In this document: positions 31,499-41,599 of the stretch, one piece after another | Layout: every line of letters begins with the position of its first letter | Position numbering within the stretch: position 1 is the stretch's first letter | DNA from: an uncultured cyanobacterium | Lineage (GTDB): Bacteria; Cyanobacteriota; Cyanobacteriia; Cyanobacteriales; Cyanobacteriaceae | Reading direction: 5' to 3' | DNA length: 64,000 nt | Assembly: GCA_963749915.1 (NCBI GenBank) | Contig: CAVVOP010000025.1 | Coordinates: 15,625 to 79,624 of the forward strand | The notes under the pieces: model-generated | The model's database searches: none | What the model saw: only the letters and a program-made list of their open reading frames with translations | Told to the model about the DNA's origin: nothing | Position numbers and translations under genes: made by a program

Positions 31499-32471
31499 AA
31501 AAATTCCTCCATCGAAAAACCTACTTTCTCTAACTGTATTTTAATCTCTTAATCCAAAGCCAAGCCTTCGCGCATTTGTTCTGCCAACTCCTGCGTTAAA
31601 GCCTCCATCTTCTCCTCAAAAGGTATGCCATCATCCTCTTCATCAGGAATTCCCACATAACGCCCCGGAGTCAAGACAAAATTACGCTTTTCAATCTCCG
31701 CTAACGTTGCCGACTTACAAAAACCCTTAACATCTCTATAACTCCCCTCGCCTTTTGGGAGAGGGTCTGGGGGTGAGGGCTTCTTCTTCCACTCATGATA
31801 AGTATCAGCAATTTTGGCAATATCTTCATCACTAAAAGCCCGATTACGGCGATTAACCATATAACCCAACTCCGAGGCATCAATAAATAACACCTCACCC
31901 TTACGCGATCGACTCTTATTGCCGTTTTTATAGCGACTGAGGAACCATAAACAAGCAGGAATCCCCGTATTATAAAAAAGCTGGGTGGGCAACATCACAA
32001 TACAGTCCACCAAATCAGCCTCTACTAAAGCCTTACGAATATCTCCCTCACCACTGGTATTAGATGATAACGAACCATTAGAGAGGACAAACCCAGCCGA
32101 ACCCGTAGGGGATCTGACTTTTCACGGCATTTCTGAAAACCCGTTCAAATAAGGGTTTCCCTCCCAGGCTGATTCTCAATAATCTCTGCTTAATGATAAT
32201 GGACAACGAAAGAGTCTGGCTTGGAGAGGGGGAATTTGGCGATCGCCTGAGAGCAGAAAAAGATCCCGTGAAAAGTCAGTTCATAAATCCCTTCTCCTGC
32301 GATTAACTTCTGGTGCAACTCCTCAAAAGCATCCGAGATGTATTTGAGAAAGATTAAACCCAAGACAATGTGCTTATATTCTGCCGCATCAATATTTTTG
32401 CGGAGTTTATCTGCTGATTTCCAGAGTTTTTGTTCAAAAGTATCGGTATCTGCTTGTTTTTTCTTTGGCAT
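31495..32471 (-). pseudogene. hsdM: Type I R-M methyltransferase with the catalytic core deleted at a MITE and a premature stop at 31549
   Basis: N-terminal [34 protein letters not shown]; resumes at [14 protein letters not shown]...[14 protein letters not shown]...[12 protein letters not shown]-binding and NPPF motifs absent. Confidence 0.9.
32114..32279. mobile_element. 166-bp MITE sharing TIRs with the 5553-6107 element
   Basis: CTGACTTTTCACGG ... CCGTGAAAAGTCAG (perfect 14-bp IR); internal IR; HIP1 at 32239-32246; no TSD. Confidence 0.88.
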
Positions 32472-32589
32472 TTGAGTACATTATGGACTTTCCAAATTTT
32501 ATCAGAATAAATCCAGACAACTTTTTTGCTTCCTTACATATCGTTACATCTTGGATAACAAAGTGATGATTTAAAAGTAAGATAAAATA

Positions 32590-32629
32590 AGTCAAATTAC
32601 GCATAGTCAAATTAGGCGTAGTCAAATTA
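32590..32629. repeat. Three AGTCAAATTA copies with 15-bp period
   Basis: Copies start at 32590, 32605 and 32620. Confidence 0.75.
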
Positions 32630-32876
32630 ACAGTCTATTCACACCCTATGGTTCTGAACAATTCTTTGAAGCAGGTGAGCAACAATTAGAACAAGAAATC
32701 AAACTGCTCCAAATCCCAAGAACCTCATCAGACCAACTTTTACCTAAAGTTCCAGAAGAGCGTTATATCAAATCCGGCTGAACAACCTCACTAAAAATAA
32801 GATTGAAGCCTTGTATTTACTACATCGCATATATGTACAATTTAGCGGATTTGATATTACTGGACCGATGTTCTAG

Positions 32877-33956
32877 CTACAATTGTTTTGATAAATAATC
32901 CGCCGTTGATTCCACCAGTGCGATCGCTTGTTCGTAAGCCATACGAGTAGGTCCAATAATACCAACACTCCCGGCAGGATATTCTCCTTGATAATAATAG
33001 GCAGAAATAAGACTACAAGACTGCATTGATTCTAAAGGATTTTCTGAGCCGATGCGAATTTTTACTTTTTGCCAAGAATTATCATATTCACTAACATTAA
33101 AAACTAAAGATAAAAGCTGATCTTGTTCTTTTTCTAGTAAATTTAATAGTATTTTTACCTGTTCTATATGAGAAAATTCGGGTTGTTGTACTAATTTAGA
33201 AAAACCTTGAATCAAAATAGGAGTAGCATTAGATAGACGATAGCTTGATTTTATTTGTGTTAATAAATTGTTAATAAAATTAGCATAAATTTGAAAATCT
33301 TCGTTTAATTCACTCCAATCTAAATTACTTATTTCCGTGAGAGATTGACCTTTTAATTTATGGTTTAGAAAATTGGATAAAATTTCTAATTCTCGATTGA
33401 TTATCTCCCTAGAATCATCATCATGGGGAATTTTTAACTGATTACTTTCCAATAAAATCGATTCACTTTGATAATTGTCAATCACCATCACTAACATGAT
33501 TTTATCATTAGCTAACCTCAGCAATTGTAAATGATAAAGGATATTACTAGCAATTTGAGGTAAAGTAATTAAAGCAATATAGCCACTCAAATCGGCTAAA
33601 GTATTGGTGATTTTTTGAAAGAGAATTTCATAACGACTGAGGCTTGTTTTAATGTTAGAATCAACAAATTGATCAAGGGGAAATTTAATAGAATTGTCAA
33701 CATTAATTAATTGATCAACATAAACACGATAACCTGAGTCAGAGGGAATTCTTCCTGCTGAAGTGTAAGGCTGATATAGAAAACCTGCCTTTTCCAATTT
33801 TCCCATAACATTACGAACAGTGGCAGAACTGACACGAAAATTATATTCATCAATCAAAGTTTTCGAGCCAACAGGTTCAGCCGTAGCGATATAATGTTTT
33901 ACGGTAGCCTGTAAAATTTTTTGATGGCGTTCATTGAGCGTGATTTGAACAGTCAT
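32877..33956 (-). CDS. hrcA: Heat-inducible transcription repressor HrcA
   Basis: YIATAEPVGSK, SSATVRN, TSAGRIPSDSGYRVYVD, IIGPTRMAY. Confidence 0.95.
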   Translation of the reverse strand: MTVQITLNERHQKILQATVKHYIATAEPVGSKTLIDEYNFRVSSATVRNVMGKLEKAGFLYQPYTSAGRIPSDSGYRVYVDQLINVDNSIKFPLDQFVDSNIKTSLSRYEILFQKITNTLADLSGYIALITLPQIASNILYHLQLLRLANDKIMLVMVIDNYQSESILLESNQLKIPHDDDSREIINRELEILSNFLNHKLKGQSLTEISNLDWSELNEDFQIYANFINNLLTQIKSSYRLSNATPILIQGFSKLVQQPEFSHIEQVKILLNLLEKEQDQLLSLVFNVSEYDNSWQKVKIRIGSENPLESMQSCSLISAYYYQGEYPAGSVGIIGPTRMAYEQAIALVESTADYLSKQL

Positions 33957-34266
33957 CTTCGGGTATATTGGTTTTTAGTAAAATAGTATTGAATTAAGAT
34001 TTTTTTTATATTTTGCTAGTATAGCAATGAAAATCCCATTCGTAGTTGATAATGGCTTTAGTTTTGTTGGGGAAAGAATTTTTCACAGGGGGAAATCTGA
34101 CAAGGCTAAGTTTTTAATATTTGGGTGAAGATGAGGGGGATAGCCTCCTGTAGCCCTTAGTTTCGGTTGAGTCATGAAACCCCACATTATATTTGTTAAT
34201 GTTATTTGTTCGGTTGCACTTTGTTTAACCCAACCTAGCTAGATTATCTTGATACCAAGTCAAAAT

Positions 34267-35817
34267 TTAAGATTTAACCGTAGCACCAAAATCGGAGATC
34301 AATAAATCTTTTAAAACGGACTTGAGATCGTCACAGGGAATACTTTTTTGCTTTAACTCCCCTAAATGTGCATCTTTACCGACTTTCCCCCCCATAAATA
34401 AATTAACTCCCTCTACTACTTGACCATCTTTTTTGGCTTTGGTACCCATTAAACCTATATCCCCAGCTTGAGCTTGTCCGCAAGAGTTAGGGCAACCTGT
34501 CCAATGAATCCGTACTCTTTCAGGTATATTTAATTCAGCGTCTAATTCTTGGGCTAATTTTAATCCTCTTTCTTTGGTTTCCACTAAGGCAAAGTTGCAA
34601 TAACGAGCGCCTGTACAGGAAATGAGAGATCGAGTTAAAGGGGTGGGATTGACAGGATAACGTTGTAAAATAGGCTCAGCTAAAAAGGCTTCTACTTTTT
34701 CATCGGCGACAAAAGGGATGATAAAATTTTGTTCTACCGTTGCCCGAATTTCGCCGTTACCATAAACATCAGCCAAACGGGCAATATCGTACATTCCCTG
34801 AGCATCCAAACGTCCCACGGGGATATGAATACCGATATAATTGTACCCCTCTTGGATTTGAGGATGGACTCCTAAATGATCCCGTTTTTCCATGGTATAT
34901 TCATCTTTAGGAGCGGAAAAATAGAGAGATTTTCCTAACTTTTTCTCTACCTCTAAACGAAATCGATTCATCCCCCATTTATCCACTAACCACATTAAAC
35001 GAGATTTACCCCGATTTTCCCTTAAACCTTCTTCTAAACCATTCTCACTATAAACTGAGAGAATCGCTGCCGATAATTCGATGACTTCATCGTTAGGTTT
35101 GACCCAAACATCCATGGGAATAGATTCTGCACAACGTTGTGCTGATAAATAACCACCGATTAAGACATTAAAGCCAAATTCATCGTCTTTAAAAGCAGGG
35201 ATAAAAGCAATATCATTGATTTCTGCGTGAATAGAATTATCCCTAGCACCATCAATGGCAATGTTCAACTTACGGGGTAAATTACTAAATTCGTAACTAC
35301 CCTGACCTTTATTTGTAATCAAATCTTGTAACTCTTGATTTAACTCCCTGGTGTCAAATAACTCATCGGGGTCAATACCTGCCACTGGAGAGCCTGTTAA
35401 GTTACGAACATTATCCATTCCTGATTGAACGGAAGTCATACCCACAGCCTCTAATTTTTCGAAAATTTCGGAGATATCCTCAAGATGTACTCCCCTTAAT
35501 TGGATATTTTGACGGGTGGTAACATCTGCACTACCATCATCCCCATAACGCTCAATGATTTCTGCCAAAGTGCGCATTTGCTCACTGGTGAAAATACCAT
35601 TAGGAATACGCAAGCGCAACATGAATTTACCCGGAGTTACGGGGCGAAAAAAGATACCTAACCACTTTAAACGTACGATTAAATCATCTTGGTCCATTGC
35701 TTCCCAACCCATGTTGGCAAAAGATTCTAATTCTTGTTTAACATCTAAACCGTGTTTAGCGGCTTTAACTTTTTCAATTTTATTTAATTTAATTTTTGTA
35801 TTGGTAGCAATAGTCAT
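34267..35817 (-). CDS. nirA: Ferredoxin-nitrite reductase
   Basis: TTRQNIQLRG, SGMDNVRN, NLPRK, CTGARYC, GCPNSCG. Confidence 0.95.
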   Translation of the reverse strand: MTIATNTKIKLNKIEKVKAAKHGLDVKQELESFANMGWEAMDQDDLIVRLKWLGIFFRPVTPGKFMLRLRIPNGIFTSEQMRTLAEIIERYGDDGSADVTTRQNIQLRGVHLEDISEIFEKLEAVGMTSVQSGMDNVRNLTGSPVAGIDPDELFDTRELNQELQDLITNKGQGSYEFSNLPRKLNIAIDGARDNSIHAEINDIAFIPAFKDDEFGFNVLIGGYLSAQRCAESIPMDVWVKPNDEVIELSAAILSVYSENGLEEGLRENRGKSRLMWLVDKWGMNRFRLEVEKKLGKSLYFSAPKDEYTMEKRDHLGVHPQIQEGYNYIGIHIPVGRLDAQGMYDIARLADVYGNGEIRATVEQNFIIPFVADEKVEAFLAEPILQRYPVNPTPLTRSLISCTGARYCNFALVETKERGLKLAQELDAELNIPERVRIHWTGCPNSCGQAQAGDIGLMGTKAKKDGQVVEGVNLFMGGKVGKDAHLGELKQKSIPCDDLKSVLKDLLISDFGATVKS

Positions 35818-35995
35818 GCTATAACCTCTTTTAATATATTGATTTTAGCCTCCCTGTCCCCAAATCTAAAGGGAATTGGGCGATGATCCCCTTAACCGAT
35901 GAATCAATGATATGATCTATCTGCAAGGGGAAATTCAAGTCCTCCAGGTTTGGAGGATTTATGAGTCCAATGATTGAGTGAGTCTTATGGAGAAC

Positions 35996-36037
35996 AGATT
36001 ATAAATTTAGCTCTCAATATTTTGTAACGTTTAATAC
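35996..36037 (-). promoter_or_regulatory. NtcA-activated promoter of nirA
   Basis: GTA-N8-TAC (GTAACGTTTAATAC, 36024-36037) with a TAN3T -10 box 22 nt downstream on the minus strand. Confidence 0.8.
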
Positions 36038-36311
36038 TGAATATCTTTATGTGAACTATTATTACATAAGTTTTATGTGTTTTTTGCATAAACAGTACAA
36101 GGAAAAAGCCTGAAAAATGATAACACATTATCATTTTCGAGTAGTTAAACAGAAAAAACTTTAATTTTACTTAAAAATGGTTTATTTTATGGTTAAGTTT
36201 ATTTAAAATGTATTCTTCAAACCTCAAAAATTTCTCTATTTTTCAAGAACTGTACAAGATCTCAGTAAAATAGATTGATTATATAAAAATAAAAAGACTA
36301 AGGAGATAATT

Positions 36312-37616
36312 TTGGTTAATACAGTATCATTTAAAACCACAAAATCAGAAGAAATTTTTACCGCTGCTCAAAAACTGATGCCCGGAGGGGTAAATTCCCC
36401 CGTGAGAGCTTTTAAATCCGTCGGTGGACAACCTATTATTTTTGATAGAGTAAAAGGGGCTTATATTTGGGACGTAGATGAAAATAAATATATTGATTAT
36501 GTAGGCTCATGGGGACCAGCAATTTGTGGCCACGCCCACCCAGAAGTAATTAATGCTTTAAAAGAAGTTTTAGAAAAAGGTACAAGTTTTGGTGCACCTT
36601 GTGTATTAGAAAATATCCTCGCCGAAATGGTAATTGATGCGGTACCCAGTATTGAAATGGTTCGTTTTGTCAATTCCGGTACAGAGGCTTGTCTTTCGGT
36701 TTTACGATTGATGCGTGCTTATACGGGTAAAAATAAAATTATTAAGTTTGAGGGATGTTATCATGGTCATGGTGATATGTTCCTAGTACAAGCGGGATCT
36801 GGGGTGGCTACTTTAGGTTTACCCGATTCTCCTGGTGTGCCCAAATCCGTCACTGCTGATACTTTAAACGCTCCCTACAACGATTTAGAAGCGGTTAAAA
36901 AACTGTTTGCCGAACATAAAGGCGAAATTGCAGGGGTTATTCTTGAGGCGGTAGTAGGTAATTCTGGGTTTATTCCCCCCGATGGCGGCTTTTTAGAAGG
37001 TTTAAGAGTAATTACCCAGGAAAATGATGCTTTGTTAGTTTTTGATGAAGTAATGACAGGTTTCCGTATTTCCTATGGTGGTGCACAGGCAAAATTCGGC
37101 GTTACTCCTGATTTAACTACGTTGGGGAAAATCATTGGCGGTGGTCTACCTGTGGGTGCTTATGGTGGTAAAAAAGAGATTATGGAGTTAGTTGCACCAT
37201 CAGGTCCTATGTACCAAGCGGGAACATTGTCGGGGAATCCTTTAGCCATGACAGCAGGAATTAAAACCCTAGAATTATTACAAAAACCTGGTACTTATGA
37301 ATATTTAGAAAAAATCACCCATGAGTTAATTACAGGATTATTAGATGTCGCCAGAAAAGCAGGTCATGAAGTAACAGGCAGTAACATTAGTGCTATGTTT
37401 GGAATGTTTTTCACTGGTAACCCAGTCCATAACTATAGTGATGCAAAAAAATCTGATGGGGCTAAGTTTGGACGTTTTCATCGAGGAATGTTAGAAAGAG
37501 GGGTTTATTTCGCACCTTCTCAATTTGAAGCTGGTTTTACTTCCATCGCTCATACAGAAGATGATATTAAACAAACCTTAGCGGCGGCGGAAGAAGTACT
37601 TAACAATTTAAGTTAG
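36312..37616 (+). CDS. hemL: Glutamate-1-semialdehyde 2,1-aminomutase
   Basis: [36 protein letters not shown]. Confidence 0.97.
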   Translation: MVNTVSFKTTKSEEIFTAAQKLMPGGVNSPVRAFKSVGGQPIIFDRVKGAYIWDVDENKYIDYVGSWGPAICGHAHPEVINALKEVLEKGTSFGAPCVLENILAEMVIDAVPSIEMVRFVNSGTEACLSVLRLMRAYTGKNKIIKFEGCYHGHGDMFLVQAGSGVATLGLPDSPGVPKSVTADTLNAPYNDLEAVKKLFAEHKGEIAGVILEAVVGNSGFIPPDGGFLEGLRVITQENDALLVFDEVMTGFRISYGGAQAKFGVTPDLTTLGKIIGGGLPVGAYGGKKEIMELVAPSGPMYQAGTLSGNPLAMTAGIKTLELLQKPGTYEYLEKITHELITGLLDVARKAGHEVTGSNISAMFGMFFTGNPVHNYSDAKKSDGAKFGRFHRGMLERGVYFAPSQFEAGFTSIAHTEDDIKQTLAAAEEVLNNLS

Positions 37617-37908
37617 AGTCATAATTTCTCTAGGGATGGGGCTTATAATGAGTGTGTATAAGCGCTCTTACTCACTTTTGGTGAGCAATCAAAGAGGCAG
37701 AAGGTTTTTACCGAATTAAAGCACTTAAGAAAAAGCTTAACTTAATGGAGGTTTTACTCAGAGGGCTAGCTATTTTAGCAAAGTAAATAAGAACTAATTC
37801 GGAGATAATTTGAGATATTTTGAGCTAAATATGGTCATAACTTCTTCTCACTTCTTGCTTATCCCTCCTCCTGCCCCACAGTATCAATAGATCGAAACAA
37901 AATTCATT

Positions 37909-38838
37909 ATGACTAACATTACTATTCTTGGTTCGGGTGTATGGGGTAACGCACTAGGTTACTTATTAAAACATGCCCAACATTCTTATCAAATTTGGGG
38001 ACGAAATTCTTTACATTCGTTAGAATCGTTGACAGTAGAGGCGGATATTATCATCTCGGCGGTGTCCATGAAGGGTGTTAGGGAAATTATTACTCGGTTG
38101 CAGGGGATTAAGTTTAAAGAAGATGCCATTATTGTGACGGCTACTAAAGGCTTGGATTTAGAAACTACCAACACTCCATCTCAAATTTGGCAAGAGGCTT
38201 TTCCTGATCACTCTATTGTCGTGTTATCTGGTCCTAATTTATCAAAAGAGATTAAAATGGGTTTACCGGCGGCGACGGTGGTTTCTAGTGGTAATATTGC
38301 GGCGGCGGAGTTTGTACAAAATATTTTTGCTTCGGATACTTTCCGAGTATACGTTAATAATGATCCCCTCGGTACGGAATTAGGCGGCACGTTAAAAAAT
38401 GTTATGGCGATCGCATCGGGGGTATGTGATGGGTTAAAATTAGGCACAAATGCAAAGGCTGCGTTATTAACAAGGGCATTACCTGAGATGATTAGAGTAG
38501 GAACCCATTTAGGTGCGTCGAAGGAAACTTTTTTCGGTTTGTCAGGATTGGGGGACTTATTGGCAACTTGTGATAGTTTATTGTCTCGGAATTATCAAGT
38601 AGGAATGGGATTAGCACAAGGAAAATCTTTAGAAGAAATTTTAGATAATTTAGAAGGCACAGCCGAAGGAATTAATACCACTAATGTGTTAATAAAATTA
38701 GCTCATCAACAAAAAATTTCTGTACCCATTGCTTATCAAGTTTATTTGTTATTAAAAGGTAAAATTAGTCCCCAAGAAGCCGTTAAAAATTTGATGGCAA
38801 GGGAGTTAAAAGATGAATTTTGTTATATTCAGTTTTAA
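37909..38838 (+). CDS. gpsA: NAD(P)H-dependent glycerol-3-phosphate dehydrogenase
   Basis: GSGVWG, LSGPNL, GGTLKNVMAIA, GLGDLLATC. Confidence 0.95.
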   Translation: MTNITILGSGVWGNALGYLLKHAQHSYQIWGRNSLHSLESLTVEADIIISAVSMKGVREIITRLQGIKFKEDAIIVTATKGLDLETTNTPSQIWQEAFPDHSIVVLSGPNLSKEIKMGLPAATVVSSGNIAAAEFVQNIFASDTFRVYVNNDPLGTELGGTLKNVMAIASGVCDGLKLGTNAKAALLTRALPEMIRVGTHLGASKETFFGLSGLGDLLATCDSLLSRNYQVGMGLAQGKSLEEILDNLEGTAEGINTTNVLIKLAHQQKISVPIAYQVYLLLKGKISPQEAVKNLMARELKDEFCYIQF

Positions 38839-38890
38839 ACAAATAATTATTGATAGGGCATCAGGGAAGTGTGGAATTACTATAATTAAC

Positions 38891-40000
38891 TTAATCAAAA
38901 ACCACTAAATTATCTCGATGAATAACAGTTTCTGCTCCATAATAACCTAAAATATGGGGAATATCTGCAGACTTTTTTCCTTTAATTTTTGTTAATTCAT
39001 CATAACTATAATTAACAATTCCTTTGGCGATTTCTTGCCCTTGAAAATCAATTAACTCTACTGCCTCTGATGCGTTGAATTCCCCCTCAATTTTAGTTAT
39101 TCCTGCGGCCAATAAAGATTTTCCCCTCAGGCATAAAGCCTTAACAGCGCCATCATCTAAATATATCTTCCCCATGGCTACTAAACCGTTAGCAATCCAT
39201 CTTTTGCGGGCGTTTTCTGTTTTCGGCTGTGCCTCAAATTTTGTGCCGATGGCTTCTCCCGCCAAAATTTTATAGATATTATCGGGATTTTTGCCGTTAG
39301 TTATAATCGTTGTCACCCCCGCACTGGAGGCAATTTTGGCAGCCCTTAATTTGGTGATCATACCACCTGTACCCCAAACACTGCCACTATTGGTAACATC
39401 TACTTGCAAATTGGCAAATTCTTCATTGTTAACTAAATCTATGGGTATCGCAGAAGGTACAACACGAGGATCAGCCGAATAAAGTTTATCCACATCAGTT
39501 AACAAAAATAACCAATCCGCTTCCATTAAACTTGCCACTAAAGCTGATAAAGTATCGTTGTCGCCGAATTTTAATTCTTCCGTTGCCACTGTATCGTTTT
39601 CATTGACGATGGGAATTATACCCAGTTCTAACAAAGCCGTGAAAGTATTACTAGCATTGACATAACAACTCCTTTCCATTAAATCCCGTCTCGTCAACAA
39701 AATTTGAGCAATGGGTTGCCCCAAATTATTAAATAGGTCATCATATACTCGAATCAGTCTTCCTTGGCCTACGGCGGCTATAGCTTGTTTAAGATTGATA
39801 TTTCGGGGTCGTTCTGTCAAGTTTAATCTAGCACAACCAACCCCCACCGCACCGGAAGAGACTAAAATTACTTGATAACCTTGTTGACGTAAATTACTTA
39901 AGGTTTCCACTAGGGAGGCAATGGTGGAAAGTGCTAAATTCCCTGTTTCTGAACGAGTTAAGCTAGATGTCCCAATTTTAACAACGATGGTTTCTGTCAT
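38891..40000 (-). CDS. proB: Glutamate 5-kinase with PUA domain
   Basis: [32 protein letters not shown]. Confidence 0.96.
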   Translation of the reverse strand: MTETIVVKIGTSSLTRSETGNLALSTIASLVETLSNLRQQGYQVILVSSGAVGVGCARLNLTERPRNINLKQAIAAVGQGRLIRVYDDLFNNLGQPIAQILLTRRDLMERSCYVNASNTFTALLELGIIPIVNENDTVATEELKFGDNDTLSALVASLMEADWLFLLTDVDKLYSADPRVVPSAIPIDLVNNEEFANLQVDVTNSGSVWGTGGMITKLRAAKIASSAGVTTIITNGKNPDNIYKILAGEAIGTKFEAQPKTENARKRWIANGLVAMGKIYLDDGAVKALCLRGKSLLAAGITKIEGEFNASEAVELIDFQGQEIAKGIVNYSYDELTKIKGKKSADIPHILGYYGAETVIHRDNLVVFD

Positions 40001-40150
40001 AAATCAATAAAATTCAGGGAATAGGAAATAGGAAAAAAATTGGCGTGAATTGTTAAAATTTATTACCCAATTTGACCAGGAAGGGGGATAATTGTTGACA
40101 AACTTACATAAACTTTAGTTTAACTTAATTTTTATTTAAAGCACAATTGA

Positions 40151-41281
40151 ATGCACATCGCTTGGCTAGGAAAAAAATCTCCTTTTTGCGGAAATGTAAC
40201 ATACAGCAGAGAAATTACTAACGCTCTGTTAGATAGAGGTTATAAGGTTAGTTTTCTTCATTTTAGCCAAGAGAATGATGAATCTGGGCAAGAAAACTAT
40301 GTTGCCGAAGTTAATCTTCCTTTTCTCTATAAATCTCAAATTTACACTATCCCTTCTCCCAAATCCACTAAAATACTACTGCGATCCCTGCAAAAGCTAC
40401 AACCCGATATAGTCCATGCTTCTTTAACCTTATCCCCCCTCGATTTTCGACTTCCAGAAATTTGTCAACAATTAAAAATACCCCTTATTGCCACTTTTCA
40501 TCCCCCTTTTGACAGTCTTTGGCGTAATATCAAATCCAGTACTCAATACTTAACCTATCAACTATATGCTCCTTTTTTAGCAAAATATAATCAAACTATC
40601 GTCTTTTCTGAACTACAAAAGGATTTATTAATCAAATTGGGTGTCCCCGCCGAAAAATTAGCGATTATCCCCAATGGTGTCGATACGAATAAATACTCCC
40701 CCGGTGATTCTTACTTTAAACAGAAATATCCGAAGGATCAAATATATGTTTATCAAGGGCGAGTAGCGGTAGAAAAAAATGTTGAATCCTTACTAAAAGC
40801 ATGGAGACACACAGAAATGGGTCAGAGTGCGAAACTGTTAATTATTGGTGATGGTCATTTAACCCCTACCCTTAAACCCCTATATAATCAAGAAGATGGT
40901 ATTATTTGGTTAGGTGCCATCGTCGATGATCAAAAAAGGATCGATATTTTAAGAAGTGCTGATGTTTTTATTTTACCCTCTTTAGTAGAGGGATTATCAT
41001 TATCATTATTAGAGGCAATGGCTTGTGGTTTAGCCTGTGTTGCTACGGATGCTGGTGCTGATGGCGAAGTTTTAGCCCATGCCGGAATTATCCTTAGTAC
41101 TCAAGAGGTTACGACCCAACTAAAAACAGTATTACCTCTTTTGGCGCATCACCCAGAAATAACGGCATTACTAGGTAAAAAAGCACGAAATAGAGTCCTG
41201 GAAAAATATACTTTAAGGGATAATGTGACGAGATTAGAGCAACTTTACATTGAATTATGTAGCCAAAAAGTATATTTTTAA
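40151..41281 (+). CDS. dgdA: GT4 glycosyltransferase, probable digalactosyldiacylglycerol synthase
   Basis: N-terminus MHIAWLGKKSPFCGNVTY resembles cyanobacterial DgdA; EGLSLSLLEAMA. Confidence 0.65.
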   Translation: MHIAWLGKKSPFCGNVTYSREITNALLDRGYKVSFLHFSQENDESGQENYVAEVNLPFLYKSQIYTIPSPKSTKILLRSLQKLQPDIVHASLTLSPLDFRLPEICQQLKIPLIATFHPPFDSLWRNIKSSTQYLTYQLYAPFLAKYNQTIVFSELQKDLLIKLGVPAEKLAIIPNGVDTNKYSPGDSYFKQKYPKDQIYVYQGRVAVEKNVESLLKAWRHTEMGQSAKLLIIGDGHLTPTLKPLYNQEDGIIWLGAIVDDQKRIDILRSADVFILPSLVEGLSLSLLEAMACGLACVATDAGADGEVLAHAGIILSTQEVTTQLKTVLPLLAHHPEITALLGKKARNRVLEKYTLRDNVTRLEQLYIELCSQKVYF

Positions 41282-41599
41282 AATGTAGATAATGGTCGTT
41301 AATTGCTAATTGGTAAAATTATTAATAAACTTTTAACTAGGTTTTTCGTTTTTATTTCTATTTGTAGCCAATCTAATTCTCCCTTATCATCCAGCAAATT
41401 TTTATCGGTTGTTACTGGTTCAATTTGATCTTTTTCATAACTGTCAAAACATATTTGAAAACAAAGTTCCCAGATACTATATTTGCTTAAATAATTATCT
41501 TTTTTTAAACACAGGATATAACCCGGAAAAGGTTCGGTAATTTCTTCATAACTCACATCCCATTCTAGTAATTCTGATTCTTGGCGAATATTATCTATC
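41130..41599. repeat. 470-bp direct duplication, copy 1 (3' end of the GT4 gene plus 3' part of the hypothetical gene)
   Basis: Matches 43816-44285; one substitution noticed (GTCCTGG vs GTCTTGG). Confidence 0.95.
41299..41599 (-). pseudogene. 5'-truncated duplicate of the 43985-44359 gene
   Basis: Identical C-terminal peptide SYEEITEPFPGY...ILPISN. Confidence 0.85.

Larger units (their letters stand above)
30951..31546. repeat. 33-bp direct repeat (hsdM 3'-tail copies) at 30951-30983 and 31514-31546 flanking a TA pair
   Basis: GAAAAACCGACTTTCTCTAAATGTATTCTAATC vs GAAAAACCTACTTTCTCTAACTGTATTTTAATC, 30/33 identical. Confidence 0.85.
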
